Assembly (NCBI GenBank): GCA_963851265.1
Contig: CAWKNZ010000002.1
Location: forward strand, 1,536,001 to 1,600,000
DNA length: 64,000 nucleotides
DNA from: an uncultured Gemmatimonadales bacterium
GTDB lineage: Bacteria; Gemmatimonadota; Gemmatimonadetes; Gemmatimonadales; Gemmatimonadaceae
Direction of reading: 5' to 3'
Of this stretch, positions 20,191 through 28,794 are shown one piece after another. The notes beneath the pieces were generated by a model. That model did no database searches, was not told the origin of the DNA, and was given only the letters and a program-made list of their open reading frames with translations. The stretch's first letter is position 1; the number at the start of each line of letters is the position of its first letter. The position numbers and the translations under genes are program-made.

Positions 20191-22967
20191 CGCCCGGCTC
20201 GGGGTGGCGCGTTGCCCACCCGCGTGTTCGCGGCGGGTAGTCCGGCGTCCGACGCGTGCCGAGCGCCGTCCGCCGTCGCCCGACGACGGAGTCCCGCGCG
20301 GGCCCGCGCCGCGCCGGCCCCGACGGGCGCGACGCCGAGCGCGCGGCGCCACGCGTCGCGCGCGCCCGGAACGTCGCCGGACGCGGCAGCGCAGTCGCCG
20401 TACACCGCCAGCGCGAGCGGATGCTCGGCGTCGATCGCGAGCGCCTGCAATGCACTCGCCCGGGCGTCGTCGAGCCGGTCCGCGTCGACGTACGCGGCCG
20501 CGATCGTGGCGAGCGCGTCAACGTCACCGGCATCCTGGTCGACGACGCGCGCGAGGTGGGCGCGGGCTGCGGGCAGCTCGCCCTTCGCGATCGCCACCTC
20601 GGCGCGGGCGCGCCAGAGGTCGGGGAGGTCTGGCGTGCGTTCGGCGAGCGTTTGCAGGATCGCGTCGGCGGCGTCCGCCTGGCCGGCGCGCTCGAGCGCC
20701 CGCGCCAGCGCGATGGCCGGACGCGGCAAGGCAGGGACGGCGCGCGACGCCTCGGCCCATGCCTCGGCCGCGGCGTCCCAGGCGCCTAACGCTTCCCATG
20801 CGCACGCGACGTCGGCCCAGTACGCCGCGGGATCGCCGGCCGCGATGTGCTCGCGCCGCGCGTCCGCGCAGCGGGACAGCGCGGCCGCGGAGTCGTCGAC
20901 GGCGCCGCGGTCCGCCGCGGCACGCGCCAGGATCGCGGCGAAGCCCGGAACCGCCGGCCACCGACGACCCGCCGCCTGCGCGCGCTCGCACACCTCGCCC
21001 AGGCGCCCCAGACGGTACAGCGCGCGTAGCACGTGGACTTCCGGCTCCGACTCGGCCGGCGCTACCGCCGCCGCGGCGCGATAGCGCTCGAGCGCGAGCG
21101 CGACGTGCCCGCTCCCCGCGAGCGCGTGGCCCGCGCGCAACAACCCGTCGACACGCGGCGCGCCGCGCGCCATCGCCGCGTCGGCCGCCGCGAGGGCTCG
21201 TTCGTACTCGCCCGACGCGAGCCGCGCGTCGACGTGCGCGTAATCGCGCGCGAATTCCATACGCGTCGCGTCCTGGTCACGCGCGGTCTCGCGCGAGGAC
21301 TCGGCGACGGCGACGCGTACGGCCGAGCCGTCACTCGGCAGGAGCAGCGGCGGATCGACGACGAGCAGGAGACGCGGCGTGGGGAAGCGGACGACGGGGC
21401 TCAGCGCGGCCGCCCGCGCCAGTTCCGCACGCGCCGCGGCCGCGTCGCCGCACGCGCCGGCAGCGAATGCGAGCCCGTACCGGGCCGCCGCGTCGTGCGG
21501 AACGAGTGCGCACGCGCGTTCGTACGCGGCGCGAGCTGCCGCGTGTTCACCGACGAGCGCCAGGGCGCGACCGTGCGCCGCGTGAGCCCCGGGGTCGGTC
21601 GGGGCGAGGCGGACGCCCGCCGCGCCCGCGCTCACCGCCGGTGCGGCGGCACCGGCGTCCGCCAGCAGCAACGCGAGATCGGCGGCGACTGCGGCGCGCA
21701 CGCCGTGCTCGAGCCCGCGGCCCTCGGCCGCCGCGTCGAGCAGGGTCGCGCGCGCGGTCGGGAAGTCCCCCCGGCGCCACGCGACGAGCGCACGGACGAT
21801 CGTCGCCGCGCACCGCGCGAGCGGCGGTGCGCCGCTGTGCGCGACCCCGCGCGCGAGCGTATCGGCTGCGGTCGCGTCGCCGACGAGAAGGCGAGCAGCC
21901 GCGAGCGCGACGGTTTCAGCATCGGCCGGGACGCCCGCGCGCCGCGCGGATTCATACGCGTCGGTGAGCACCCGCTCGGCCGCGACGATGTCGCCACGCG
22001 CGAGATGCACGATGCCCGTCGCGTGCGCGATCGTGGCGCGTTCCCGGTCGCTCGGCGCGGTTCCGGTTTCCGCGGCCCGCGCCACCGCGTACCCGTCCAA
22101 CGTCGCGAGCGCCTCGTCGTAATAGCCCTTGTGCCGGAGCGCGGTCGCGACCGCGATGGCGTGCGCCGCTGAATCCGGCGCGGCGACGGCGTCGTGATCC
22201 ATCGGTCGCTCCGCCGCCGAAGCCACGCTGGAACTCGCGTCGGAGCCGACCAACACCACGCCCGGGTCCAAGCGGGTCAGTACAGGATCCAGCGCCGACG
22301 CGCGGGACCGACTCGCCGCCGCTGCTTCGTCGGCCCCGAGTTCGCCGAGCACGAAGCTTCGCAGCAACTCGGCCTCGGCGTCGTCGGGTGTGACGGCGCG
22401 GACGCGTTCGACGGCCGCGAGCGCGCCCGCGGCATCGCCACGCTGGTACGCGGCACGCGCCTCGAGGAGGTCGAGCATCGCGAACAGCGCGACGTCGCCG
22501 GCGCGTGCGTGAGCGCCCGCACCGGCCCGCGCCCGCGCGACCGCGGTGAGCGCCTCTTCCGGCTGTCCGGTGTCGAGTGCCCAACGCGCGCGCTCGACCG
22601 ACGGCGCGATACCGCCGGCGTCCGCGGCGTCCCACCGCGCGAGCGCACCCGCGGCGGCGGCGAGCTCTCCGCGTGCGGCGTGGTGACGGACGAGTGCGCG
22701 CCACGCGTCCACGTCGGTCGCGTCGGCGCGCACCCGGGCGCGCAGGATCGCGACCTTGGCCTCCGCGGCTTCCGCGGGCAGCGCGCGCAAGTTCCGCCGC
22801 GCGACCGTCATCCCGGCATCGAGCGCGACCGCGCGGCCGAACGCGCGTTCCGCCTCGGCGCTGCATCCCCCACGCTGGAGGACGACGCCGAGGTTGTTCT
22901 GCGCCACGGCGTCGGCTGCGTCGGTGAGCGCGACGAGGCGCGACGCGGCGGCTTCGCCGATGCGCAC
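20187..22967 (-). CDS. Large Ala-rich TPR protein (926 aa)
   Basis: AQNNLGVVL…AVALDAGMTVARRNL and many degenerate TPR repeats throughout. Confidence 0.75.
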   Translation of the reverse strand: MRIGEAAASRLVALTDAADAVAQNNLGVVLQRGGCSAEAERAFGRAVALDAGMTVARRNLRALPAEAAEAKVAILRARVRADATDVDAWRALVRHHAARGELAAAAGALARWDAADAGGIAPSVERARWALDTGQPEEALTAVARARAGAGAHARAGDVALFAMLDLLEARAAYQRGDAAGALAAVERVRAVTPDDAEAELLRSFVLGELGADEAAAASRSRASALDPVLTRLDPGVVLVGSDASSSVASAAERPMDHDAVAAPDSAAHAIAVATALRHKGYYDEALATLDGYAVARAAETGTAPSDRERATIAHATGIVHLARGDIVAAERVLTDAYESARRAGVPADAETVALAAARLLVGDATAADTLARGVAHSGAPPLARCAATIVRALVAWRRGDFPTARATLLDAAAEGRGLEHGVRAAVAADLALLLADAGAAAPAVSAGAAGVRLAPTDPGAHAAHGRALALVGEHAAARAAYERACALVPHDAAARYGLAFAAGACGDAAAARAELARAAALSPVVRFPTPRLLLVVDPPLLLPSDGSAVRVAVAESSRETARDQDATRMEFARDYAHVDARLASGEYERALAAADAAMARGAPRVDGLLRAGHALAGSGHVALALERYRAAAAVAPAESEPEVHVLRALYRLGRLGEVCERAQAAGRRWPAVPGFAAILARAAADRGAVDDSAAALSRCADARREHIAAGDPAAYWADVACAWEALGAWDAAAEAWAEASRAVPALPRPAIALARALERAGQADAADAILQTLAERTPDLPDLWRARAEVAIAKGELPAARAHLARVVDQDAGDVDALATIAAAYVDADRLDDARASALQALAIDAEHPLALAVYGDCAAASGDVPGARDAWRRALGVAPVGAGAARARAGLRRRATADGARHASDAGLPAANTRVGNAPPRAGR

Positions 22968-22998
22968 GGGACGTGGGACGCGGGGGCCGCGTGGCGCG

Positions 22999-23661
22999 CT
23001 AGACGACGCGCGCGGCCTGCAGGATCAGCTGCAGCGACGCGGGATCGGGCAGGAGCAGGAAGAACCCGCGCAGCCGGTCGGCGACGTCCTGCACGACGAA
23101 CTCGGTCTCGACGACGAACACGTACTCCGCCGTCGTGGTGAGGCGAAGGAATTCCGGCGTCAGCACCGCGGCGAGCTGGTCGATGGCAAGCGTCGGCGGC
23201 GACGGCATCACGACGATGCTCATGAAATCACTGAGCGCGTTGAGGTACGCGCCGCTCAGGATGTTCCCTGCCTCCTTCAGCGCGGACCGCTCCATCTCGC
23301 CGAGCGCGACCGACGCGCCCAGGGGCCGACGGAGCATGCGTTCCGCGAGCCGAAGCACGGTCGGCTTCGGCAACACGAGGAGCGTGCGGCCGGTCAGGTC
23401 GCCCATCACGTCCATGAGCACGGCCGCGACGAGCTCGCTCCCGGGCGCGAGTTGTGGCGCGATCTCGGGCAACGGCGCGACGTGCACAGTCGGCACGCTG
23501 ATCATGATCGGGCTGCCGGTCATCTGCGACAGCGCGGTCGCGGCGTGGCCGGCGCCGATGTTCGCGACTTCGCGCAGCGCGTCGCGCTGCACGGCGTTCA
23601 GCGTGCGCGGGTCGTCGGCGCGGAAGCTGCTGCCGGTCGGAGCGGTGGGTGCGAAGGGCAC
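22999..23661 (-). CDS. cheC: CheC-family CheY-P phosphatase
   Basis: DALREVANIGAGHAATALSQM and SALKEAGNILSGAYLNAL (two ExxN motifs), C-terminal FFLLPD-like strand. Confidence 0.92.
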   Translation of the reverse strand: MPFAPTAPTGSSFRADDPRTLNAVQRDALREVANIGAGHAATALSQMTGSPIMISVPTVHVAPLPEIAPQLAPGSELVAAVLMDVMGDLTGRTLLVLPKPTVLRLAERMLRRPLGASVALGEMERSALKEAGNILSGAYLNALSDFMSIVVMPSPPTLAIDQLAAVLTPEFLRLTTTAEYVFVVETEFVVQDVADRLRGFFLLLPDPASLQLILQAARVV

Positions 23662-25331
23662 GAACGAGGGGGCGTGTCGTCGAAGGCGGGAATCGCGGCG
23701 CGCGCCGCGACTGCGGGGACGTCCAGTACCAAGACGACTTCCCCGCCTTCAAGTATCGTCGCGCCCGCGGCGATCCGCGGAGCGCCGCGCGGCGTCACGA
23801 CGGGCTTGAGTACGCAGTCTCGGGCGCCGATCAACTCGTCCACGCGGACGGCGAACGGCGGCGCATCCGGACCGGGCGAAAGCAGCACGACCTCGGCGCC
23901 GTGCTCGGCAACATGCCCGCGCGCCGAGCAGCCCAGCACCGCGCCGAGCGATGGCGAGCCCTCGTCGCCGGCGCCGCCGTCGCGCGTACCGCGGACGTGC
24001 GCGAGCGGGATCGCGTACGCCGCCGCACCGGCACGGACGACGAGCGCGGGTACGACCGCCCACGAAAGGGGCATGTGCAGCGTGAAGGACGTACCCACCC
24101 CCGCTGTGGTGTGCAGGGTGAGCGCACCGCCTAACGCCCGCACGCGCGCGAGCGCGGCGTCGACGCCGACGCCGCGCCCTGACACTCGGCCGACCTCGCG
24201 CGCGGTCGACAGGCCCGGCATCGCGAGACACGCGAGGAGCGTGGCGTCGTCGACCGTTCCGGCGTCGCCGCCGACGTCGAGGGACGGAGGTAGTCCGCGG
24301 GCGCGCGCGCGTGCGAGCACCGCGGCGCGATCGACGCCGCGGCCGTCATCCTCGACGCGGACGACGAGCGAGTTGCCGTCGCGCGTCACGCGGACGGCGA
24401 CGCGCCCGTCCGCCAGCTTGCCACGCCGTGCGCGCTCGTCGGGCGGCTCGATGCCGTGGTCGACGGCGTTGCGCAGGAGGTGCGTGAGCGGTTCGGCGAG
24501 CGCGTCGATCACGGCGCGGTCGGCCACGACGTCGCCGCCGCTGGTCTCGAGCGTGACACGCTTCCCGGTGGCGCGCGCCGCCTGGCGGACGATTCGAGGC
24601 AGTTCCGCGAGCAGTTCGGCGAGGGCGACCAGGCGGGACGTTCGCACTTCCTCGACGAGTGCGCCCGACACGCGCCCCAGATCGGCAACCGCGCGAGCGA
24701 GCGGCGCGTCGCCCGTGTGCGCCGCCGCGCGTGCGAGGCGGTCGCGCACGTTCGTCAGCTCGCCCGCGAGTTCGAGTAGTCGGTCGAGCGTTTCGGCGTC
24801 GACTCGCACCGTGCGCGTCACGGCGGGCGCTGCCGCGCCGGCGGGGTCGGAGGGGTCGGCCGCCGACTCGACGCGGTTCGTGGGCGACGATCCCGTACCG
24901 GCAGACCTGGCCGCGGCCGCCGCCGACACTCGGTCGAGGCATGCGCGAACGTGTGGCGCCACCTCGGGGCTTTCGGTGGATGCACCGGGCGCGAGTGACG
25001 CCTCGACCGCGTCGTCGAGCGCGTCGATGGCCGCTGGCAGGTGCGGGAAGGCCGCGATGCGCCCGGCGCGCGGGGCGTCGCGCAGGCGGCCGAGCGCGTC
25101 TTCGAGCGCGTGGGCGATGGACTCGACCGCCGAGAAGCCCATCGCGGCGGACATGCCCTTGATCGTGTGCACGCTCCGGAACAGCACGTCGATCTCGTCG
25201 GCCGCCGCATCAGCGTGCATGAGGCGGACGGCGTCGCGAGCGGCGCGGAGCTGCTCGCCGGCCTCACGCGCGAAGAGCGCGGTGTACTTCGCGCTCGACA
25301 GGCCGGGCGCGAGGCCCGCGCCGTCGCTCAG
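23598..25331 (-). CDS. cheA: CheA-like histidine kinase (Hpt, dimerisation, HATPase and reduced CheW domains; no P2)
   Basis: LFRSVHTIKGMSA, TVRVDAETLDRLLELAGEL, HLLRNAVDHGIE, EDDGRG, SGRGVG; start uncertain (no canonical start codon before the Hpt helix). Confidence 0.88.
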   Translation of the reverse strand: MSDGAGLAPGLSSAKYTALFAREAGEQLRAARDAVRLMHADAAADEIDVLFRSVHTIKGMSAAMGFSAVESIAHALEDALGRLRDAPRAGRIAAFPHLPAAIDALDDAVEASLAPGASTESPEVAPHVRACLDRVSAAAAARSAGTGSSPTNRVESAADPSDPAGAAAPAVTRTVRVDAETLDRLLELAGELTNVRDRLARAAAHTGDAPLARAVADLGRVSGALVEEVRTSRLVALAELLAELPRIVRQAARATGKRVTLETSGGDVVADRAVIDALAEPLTHLLRNAVDHGIEPPDERARRGKLADGRVAVRVTRDGNSLVVRVEDDGRGVDRAAVLARARARGLPPSLDVGGDAGTVDDATLLACLAMPGLSTAREVGRVSGRGVGVDAALARVRALGGALTLHTTAGVGTSFTLHMPLSWAVVPALVVRAGAAAYAIPLAHVRGTRDGGAGDEGSPSLGAVLGCSARGHVAEHGAEVVLLSPGPDAPPFAVRVDELIGARDCVLKPVVTPRGAPRIAAGATILEGGEVVLVLDVPAVAARAAIPAFDDTPPRSCPSHPPLRPAAASAPTTRAR

Positions 25332-25693
25332 GTCAGGGCCCGCTCGGCCGCTTCGATGACGCGGCCCGGTTGGAACGGCTTCACGACGAAATCGCGCGCG
25401 CCGGCCTGAATCGCCTCGACGACGAGCGCCTGCTGACCCATCGCGCTGCACATCACCACACGCGCGGCCGGGTCGTGCGCGCGGATGGCCCGGACCGCAT
25501 CGACGCCGCCCATGTCGGGCATCACGATGTCCATGGTGACGAGGTCGGGGCGCAGCTCCTGATAGCGCGAGACGGCTTCCGCGCCGGTGCTCGCCTCGCC
25601 CACGACTTCGTAGCCGGCCTGTTGCAGGATGTCGCTGACCATCGCGCGCATGAACAGCGCGTCGTCGCAAACCAGAACCGTGTGCGCCATCAT
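25328..25693 (-). CDS. cheY: CheY-type single-domain response regulator
   Basis: VLVCDDALFMR, TMDIVMP, CSAMGQ, VKPF; ATG overlaps the cheW stop. Confidence 0.92.
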   Translation of the reverse strand: MMAHTVLVCDDALFMRAMVSDILQQAGYEVVGEASTGAEAVSRYQELRPDLVTMDIVMPDMGGVDAVRAIRAHDPAARVVMCSAMGQQALVVEAIQAGARDFVVKPFQPGRVIEAAERALT

Positions 25694-26175
25694 CGTCCTC
25701 CCTCGGACTCGTCGACCACGTCGCGGATGAGTGCCGCCGCGTCGAGGAGGGGCAGCACCGGGCCGTCGGCGGCGTCGGGCCGCGAGGCATCGTGGAGACG
25801 CACGGCGCCGGCGACCGGCAACACGCGTCCCGACCACACGCGGAGTGGGGCCGTGTTGGACGCATCGTCCGCCCCGAGCGCCGCCGTGATGCGGAGCGGC
25901 GCGCCACCCGCGAGAGCGAGCGTGAGCGGGCCCGCCACCAGCAGGACGACCGCGCGAGGGCCGCCCGCGTGGGGTGCGAGGTCGAGCACGGGGACGATCT
26001 GGCCTCGCACGGCCGCGATGCCCGGGACGTCGGCCGGTGCGCCCGGATACTCCGTGACGCGGTCGATGCGCGCCACCTCACGGACGTTCGCAGCGGGTAC
26101 CGCGATCTGGGTCGTCGCGTCAGCACCGCGTGCGACGGCGAGGACGAGCACGTCGAACGCGGCGTCGGCCGTCAT
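25690..26175 (-). CDS. cheW: CheW-like coupling protein (divergent)
   Basis: VREVARIDRVTEYPGAPADVPGIAAVRGQIVPVLDL…LPLLDAAAL. Confidence 0.75.
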   Translation of the reverse strand: MTADAAFDVLVLAVARGADATTQIAVPAANVREVARIDRVTEYPGAPADVPGIAAVRGQIVPVLDLAPHAGGPRAVVLLVAGPLTLALAGGAPLRITAALGADDASNTAPLRVWSGRVLPVAGAVRLHDASRPDAADGPVLPLLDAAALIRDVVDESEGGR

Positions 26176-26193
26176 CCGGCGGACCGCGCCGGC

Positions 26194-27169
26194 TCAGTCG
26201 TCGGCGTAGAAGCCAAAGTGGTCGAGTGGGTCCGCGAGGTCCGCGAGCCCGGGGTCGTGCACGAGCGCGCCGAGTGCGCGGCGGAGGTCGTCCGGCGGTG
26301 GCGCGCGGAAGAGCATCTCGCGCCCGTCCGCCGGGTGGCGAAAGCGGAGTTCGGCCGCGTGCAGGAAATGCCGGCGCGGCGGCAGAGAGACGAGGCGCCG
26401 TCCGCCGCCGCCGCCGTACAGGTCGTCGCCGAGTACCGGGTGGCCGATGCTCGCGAGGTGGACGCGGATCTGGTGCGTGCGTCCCGTGTGCAGGCGCGCA
26501 CGGAGGAGATCGCCCGCGTCGCCCCGGGCGAGGCGTGTGAAGTCGGTGCGCGCCGACTTCCCGCCGGCGACGACCGCCATGCGTTGCCGGTTCCGCGGAT
26601 CACGCGCGACGGGCTTCTCGACCGTGAACCGCTCGGTGCTGACGTGGCCCCAACATGCCGCCGCGTACCGGCGTGACACCTGGCGCGCGGCGATCGCCGC
26701 CGAAAGGATGCGGTGCGCGCGCTCGTTTTTCGCGACCGACGAGAAGTCCAGACGTGTCCTTGTCGATACGATGCACCAGACCGGGCCGGTCGTCGTCGCC
26801 GCCCGCATCGCGCGACTGGCCACGGCCGACCAGCGCGTTCACGAGCGTGCCGGTCCAGTTGCCCGGCGCGGGGTGCACGACCATCCCGGCGGGTTTGTCG
26901 ATCACGACGAGGTCGTCGTCCTCGTAAACGATCGAGAGCGGGATGTCCTCGCCGATGACCTCGCGGCCGACCGGCGGCGGAACGTCGACCGCCACGATCT
27001 CGCCCGCGCGCAGGCGCCAGCTCGCCTTCTCGCGCCGGCCGTCGACGGCCACGTGTGCGTTCGCGACGAGCGTCGCGGCCTGCGTGCGCGACACGGCAAG
27101 TCGTCGGGCGACGAAGAGGTCGAGGCGCTCGCCGGCTTCCTCATCGGTCACGGCGAGGCGGTCGGTCAC
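26194..27169 (-). pseudogene. rluD: RluD-type pseudouridine synthase split by a 1-nt frameshift (true lesion or sequencing error)
   Basis: S4 domain, DKPAGMVVHP and HRIDKDTSGLL in one frame; VAKN…LHTGRTHQIRVH…GDDLY…LHA in another; extra base at ~26736-26737. Confidence 0.85.
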
Positions 27170-27193
27170 GGGCGCTCGAGCACGCGCGGGGCG

Positions 27194-27769
27194 TCAGCGT
27201 GGCGCAACTTCGGCCGGTTCGACGGTCGCGTCGGCGTCGGGCGCGCCCTGCATGCGGGACTCGAATCGCCAGAGCAGCAGCACGAGCAGAATCGCGCCGA
27301 CGCTCACGGCCGAATCGGCCACGTTGAACGTCCAGAAGCGGACGTCTCCGGCACCGACGTCAATGAAGTCGACGACGCCCGCGGGCGACCGGAACCGGTC
27401 GATGAGGTTGCCGAGCGCTCCACCCATCACCGCCGCGATCGCGATGCGCAGGGCGTGTTCGGAGATCGGCAGACTGCGGTAGAGGCGGACGAGGAACCCG
27501 AGGATGAGGACCGTGAGCGCCGGAAAGGCCCACCACGACGCGGGCCCCAGGTGCATCCCGAACGCGGCGCCCGGGTTGAACGTGAGGGTGAACCGGACTG
27601 CGTCTCCGACGACGTTTCGCGGAACGTGCGGCGTCAGACTCGCGACCGCGAGGTGCTTGGTGAACTGGTCGGCGGCGACGATCGCGACGATCAGCGCGCC
27701 GGCGAGCGCGACGCTGAACGGTCGCGCGGATTCGCGCCCGGGCGTCGGCACGTGCTCAGCGGCGCTCAC
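27194..27769 (-). CDS. lspA: Lipoprotein signal peptidase II (copy 1)
   Basis: DQFTK, NPGAAFG, GALGNLIDR, VVDFID, FNVAD. Confidence 0.92.
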   Translation of the reverse strand: MSAAEHVPTPGRESARPFSVALAGALIVAIVAADQFTKHLAVASLTPHVPRNVVGDAVRFTLTFNPGAAFGMHLGPASWWAFPALTVLILGFLVRLYRSLPISEHALRIAIAAVMGGALGNLIDRFRSPAGVVDFIDVGAGDVRFWTFNVADSAVSVGAILLVLLLWRFESRMQGAPDADATVEPAEVAPR

Positions 27770-28350
27770 GCGAGCCCCGCCGGCGTGCGGCCTAACGGCA
27801 TTTCGGCGCGCGAGGTGCGGCGGTCGTCGGCTCCCCACAGGACGCGGCAGAGCATGACCACGCCCAGCGTGACCGCGACGTCCGCGACGTTGAAGGTCGG
27901 CCACCGGTGCTGGCCGACCCCGACGTCGAGGAAGTCGACGACGCCGTCTTCCGAGATCACGCGCGTGAGCGCGTTTCCGAGCGCGCCCGCGGCGAGCAAC
28001 GCGAGCGCGACCACGCGGGAGTTCGCACGGTCCGGCGTCGCGCGGTACAACCGCCAGACGACGCGCAGCACGACGACCGTGAGCACCAGGAAAATCGCGC
28101 GCGACCACGGTCCGAGGTGGAGCCCGAACGCCGCGCCCGGGTTGTAGACGAGCGTCAGCCGCAGCCACTCGCCGGCGACCGCGTGCGGGAAGCCTGCCGG
28201 CGAGAGGGCGTAGGCGGCGATCGCCTTCGTCAGCAGGTCCACGAGCACGACGAGCACGACGACGGGCCAGAAGACCACGCCGTTCGTGTTCGCCGCGTCC
28301 GCGCGCGCCGACGCCGGACCGGCCGGCAGGTCAGCCGCCCTTCTTGCCAT
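27766..28350 (-). CDS. lspA: Lipoprotein signal peptidase II (copy 2, divergent)
   Basis: DLLTK, NPGAAFG, GALGNALTR, VVDFLD, FNVAD. Confidence 0.88.
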   Translation of the reverse strand: MARRAADLPAGPASARADAANTNGVVFWPVVVLVVLVDLLTKAIAAYALSPAGFPHAVAGEWLRLTLVYNPGAAFGLHLGPWSRAIFLVLTVVVLRVVWRLYRATPDRANSRVVALALLAAGALGNALTRVISEDGVVDFLDVGVGQHRWPTFNVADVAVTLGVVMLCRVLWGADDRRTSRAEMPLGRTPAGLA

Positions 28351-28789
28351 CTTCCTCGCGCTGCTTGCAGTCGATGCAGAAGCGCGCGTGCGGCAGCGCG
28401 TCGAGGCGCTCGAACGCGATGTTGCGGCCGCACGAATGGCAGCGGCCGAACGTTTCGGGTGACCGGTACAGGCGCCGGAGCGCCTCGTCGAGGTGCCACA
28501 AGAACCGGCCCTCCTGGCTCGCGAAGAGGAACGCCTTCTCACGCTCCATCGCGTCCGTGCCCTGGTCGGCCATGTGGAACGTGTAGGAGCTGAGCTCCCC
28601 GGCCGACTCCTGCTGGCTCGCGCCGAACGTCTCGCCGTGGTGGCCGAGCTCTTTCAGCACGCGCTTGCGCTCTTCGAGCAAGCGCTTCTCGAAGTACGCG
28701 ACGTCCTTGGTCTCGAGCGGCGTGAAGGTCGCGGGCGACTCCTGGTCGCCCGCAGCCGTCGGCGCCGCCGTCGGGCCCGAATTGGCCAT
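28331..28789 (-). CDS. TraR/DksA C4 zinc-finger protein
   Basis: HMADQGTDAMERE coiled-coil tip; CHSC…ERLDALPHARFCIDC. Confidence 0.9.
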   Translation of the reverse strand: MANSGPTAAPTAAGDQESPATFTPLETKDVAYFEKRLLEERKRVLKELGHHGETFGASQQESAGELSSYTFHMADQGTDAMEREKAFLFASQEGRFLWHLDEALRRLYRSPETFGRCHSCGRNIAFERLDALPHARFCIDCKQREEDGKKGG

Positions 28790-28794
28790 GCTGT

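Noticed and set aside
26725..26750. Programmed ribosomal frameshift in rluD
   Set aside because: The nearby GAAAAAC run is not a clear slippery heptamer with a stimulatory structure, and a single-base removal restores the canonical protein exactly.
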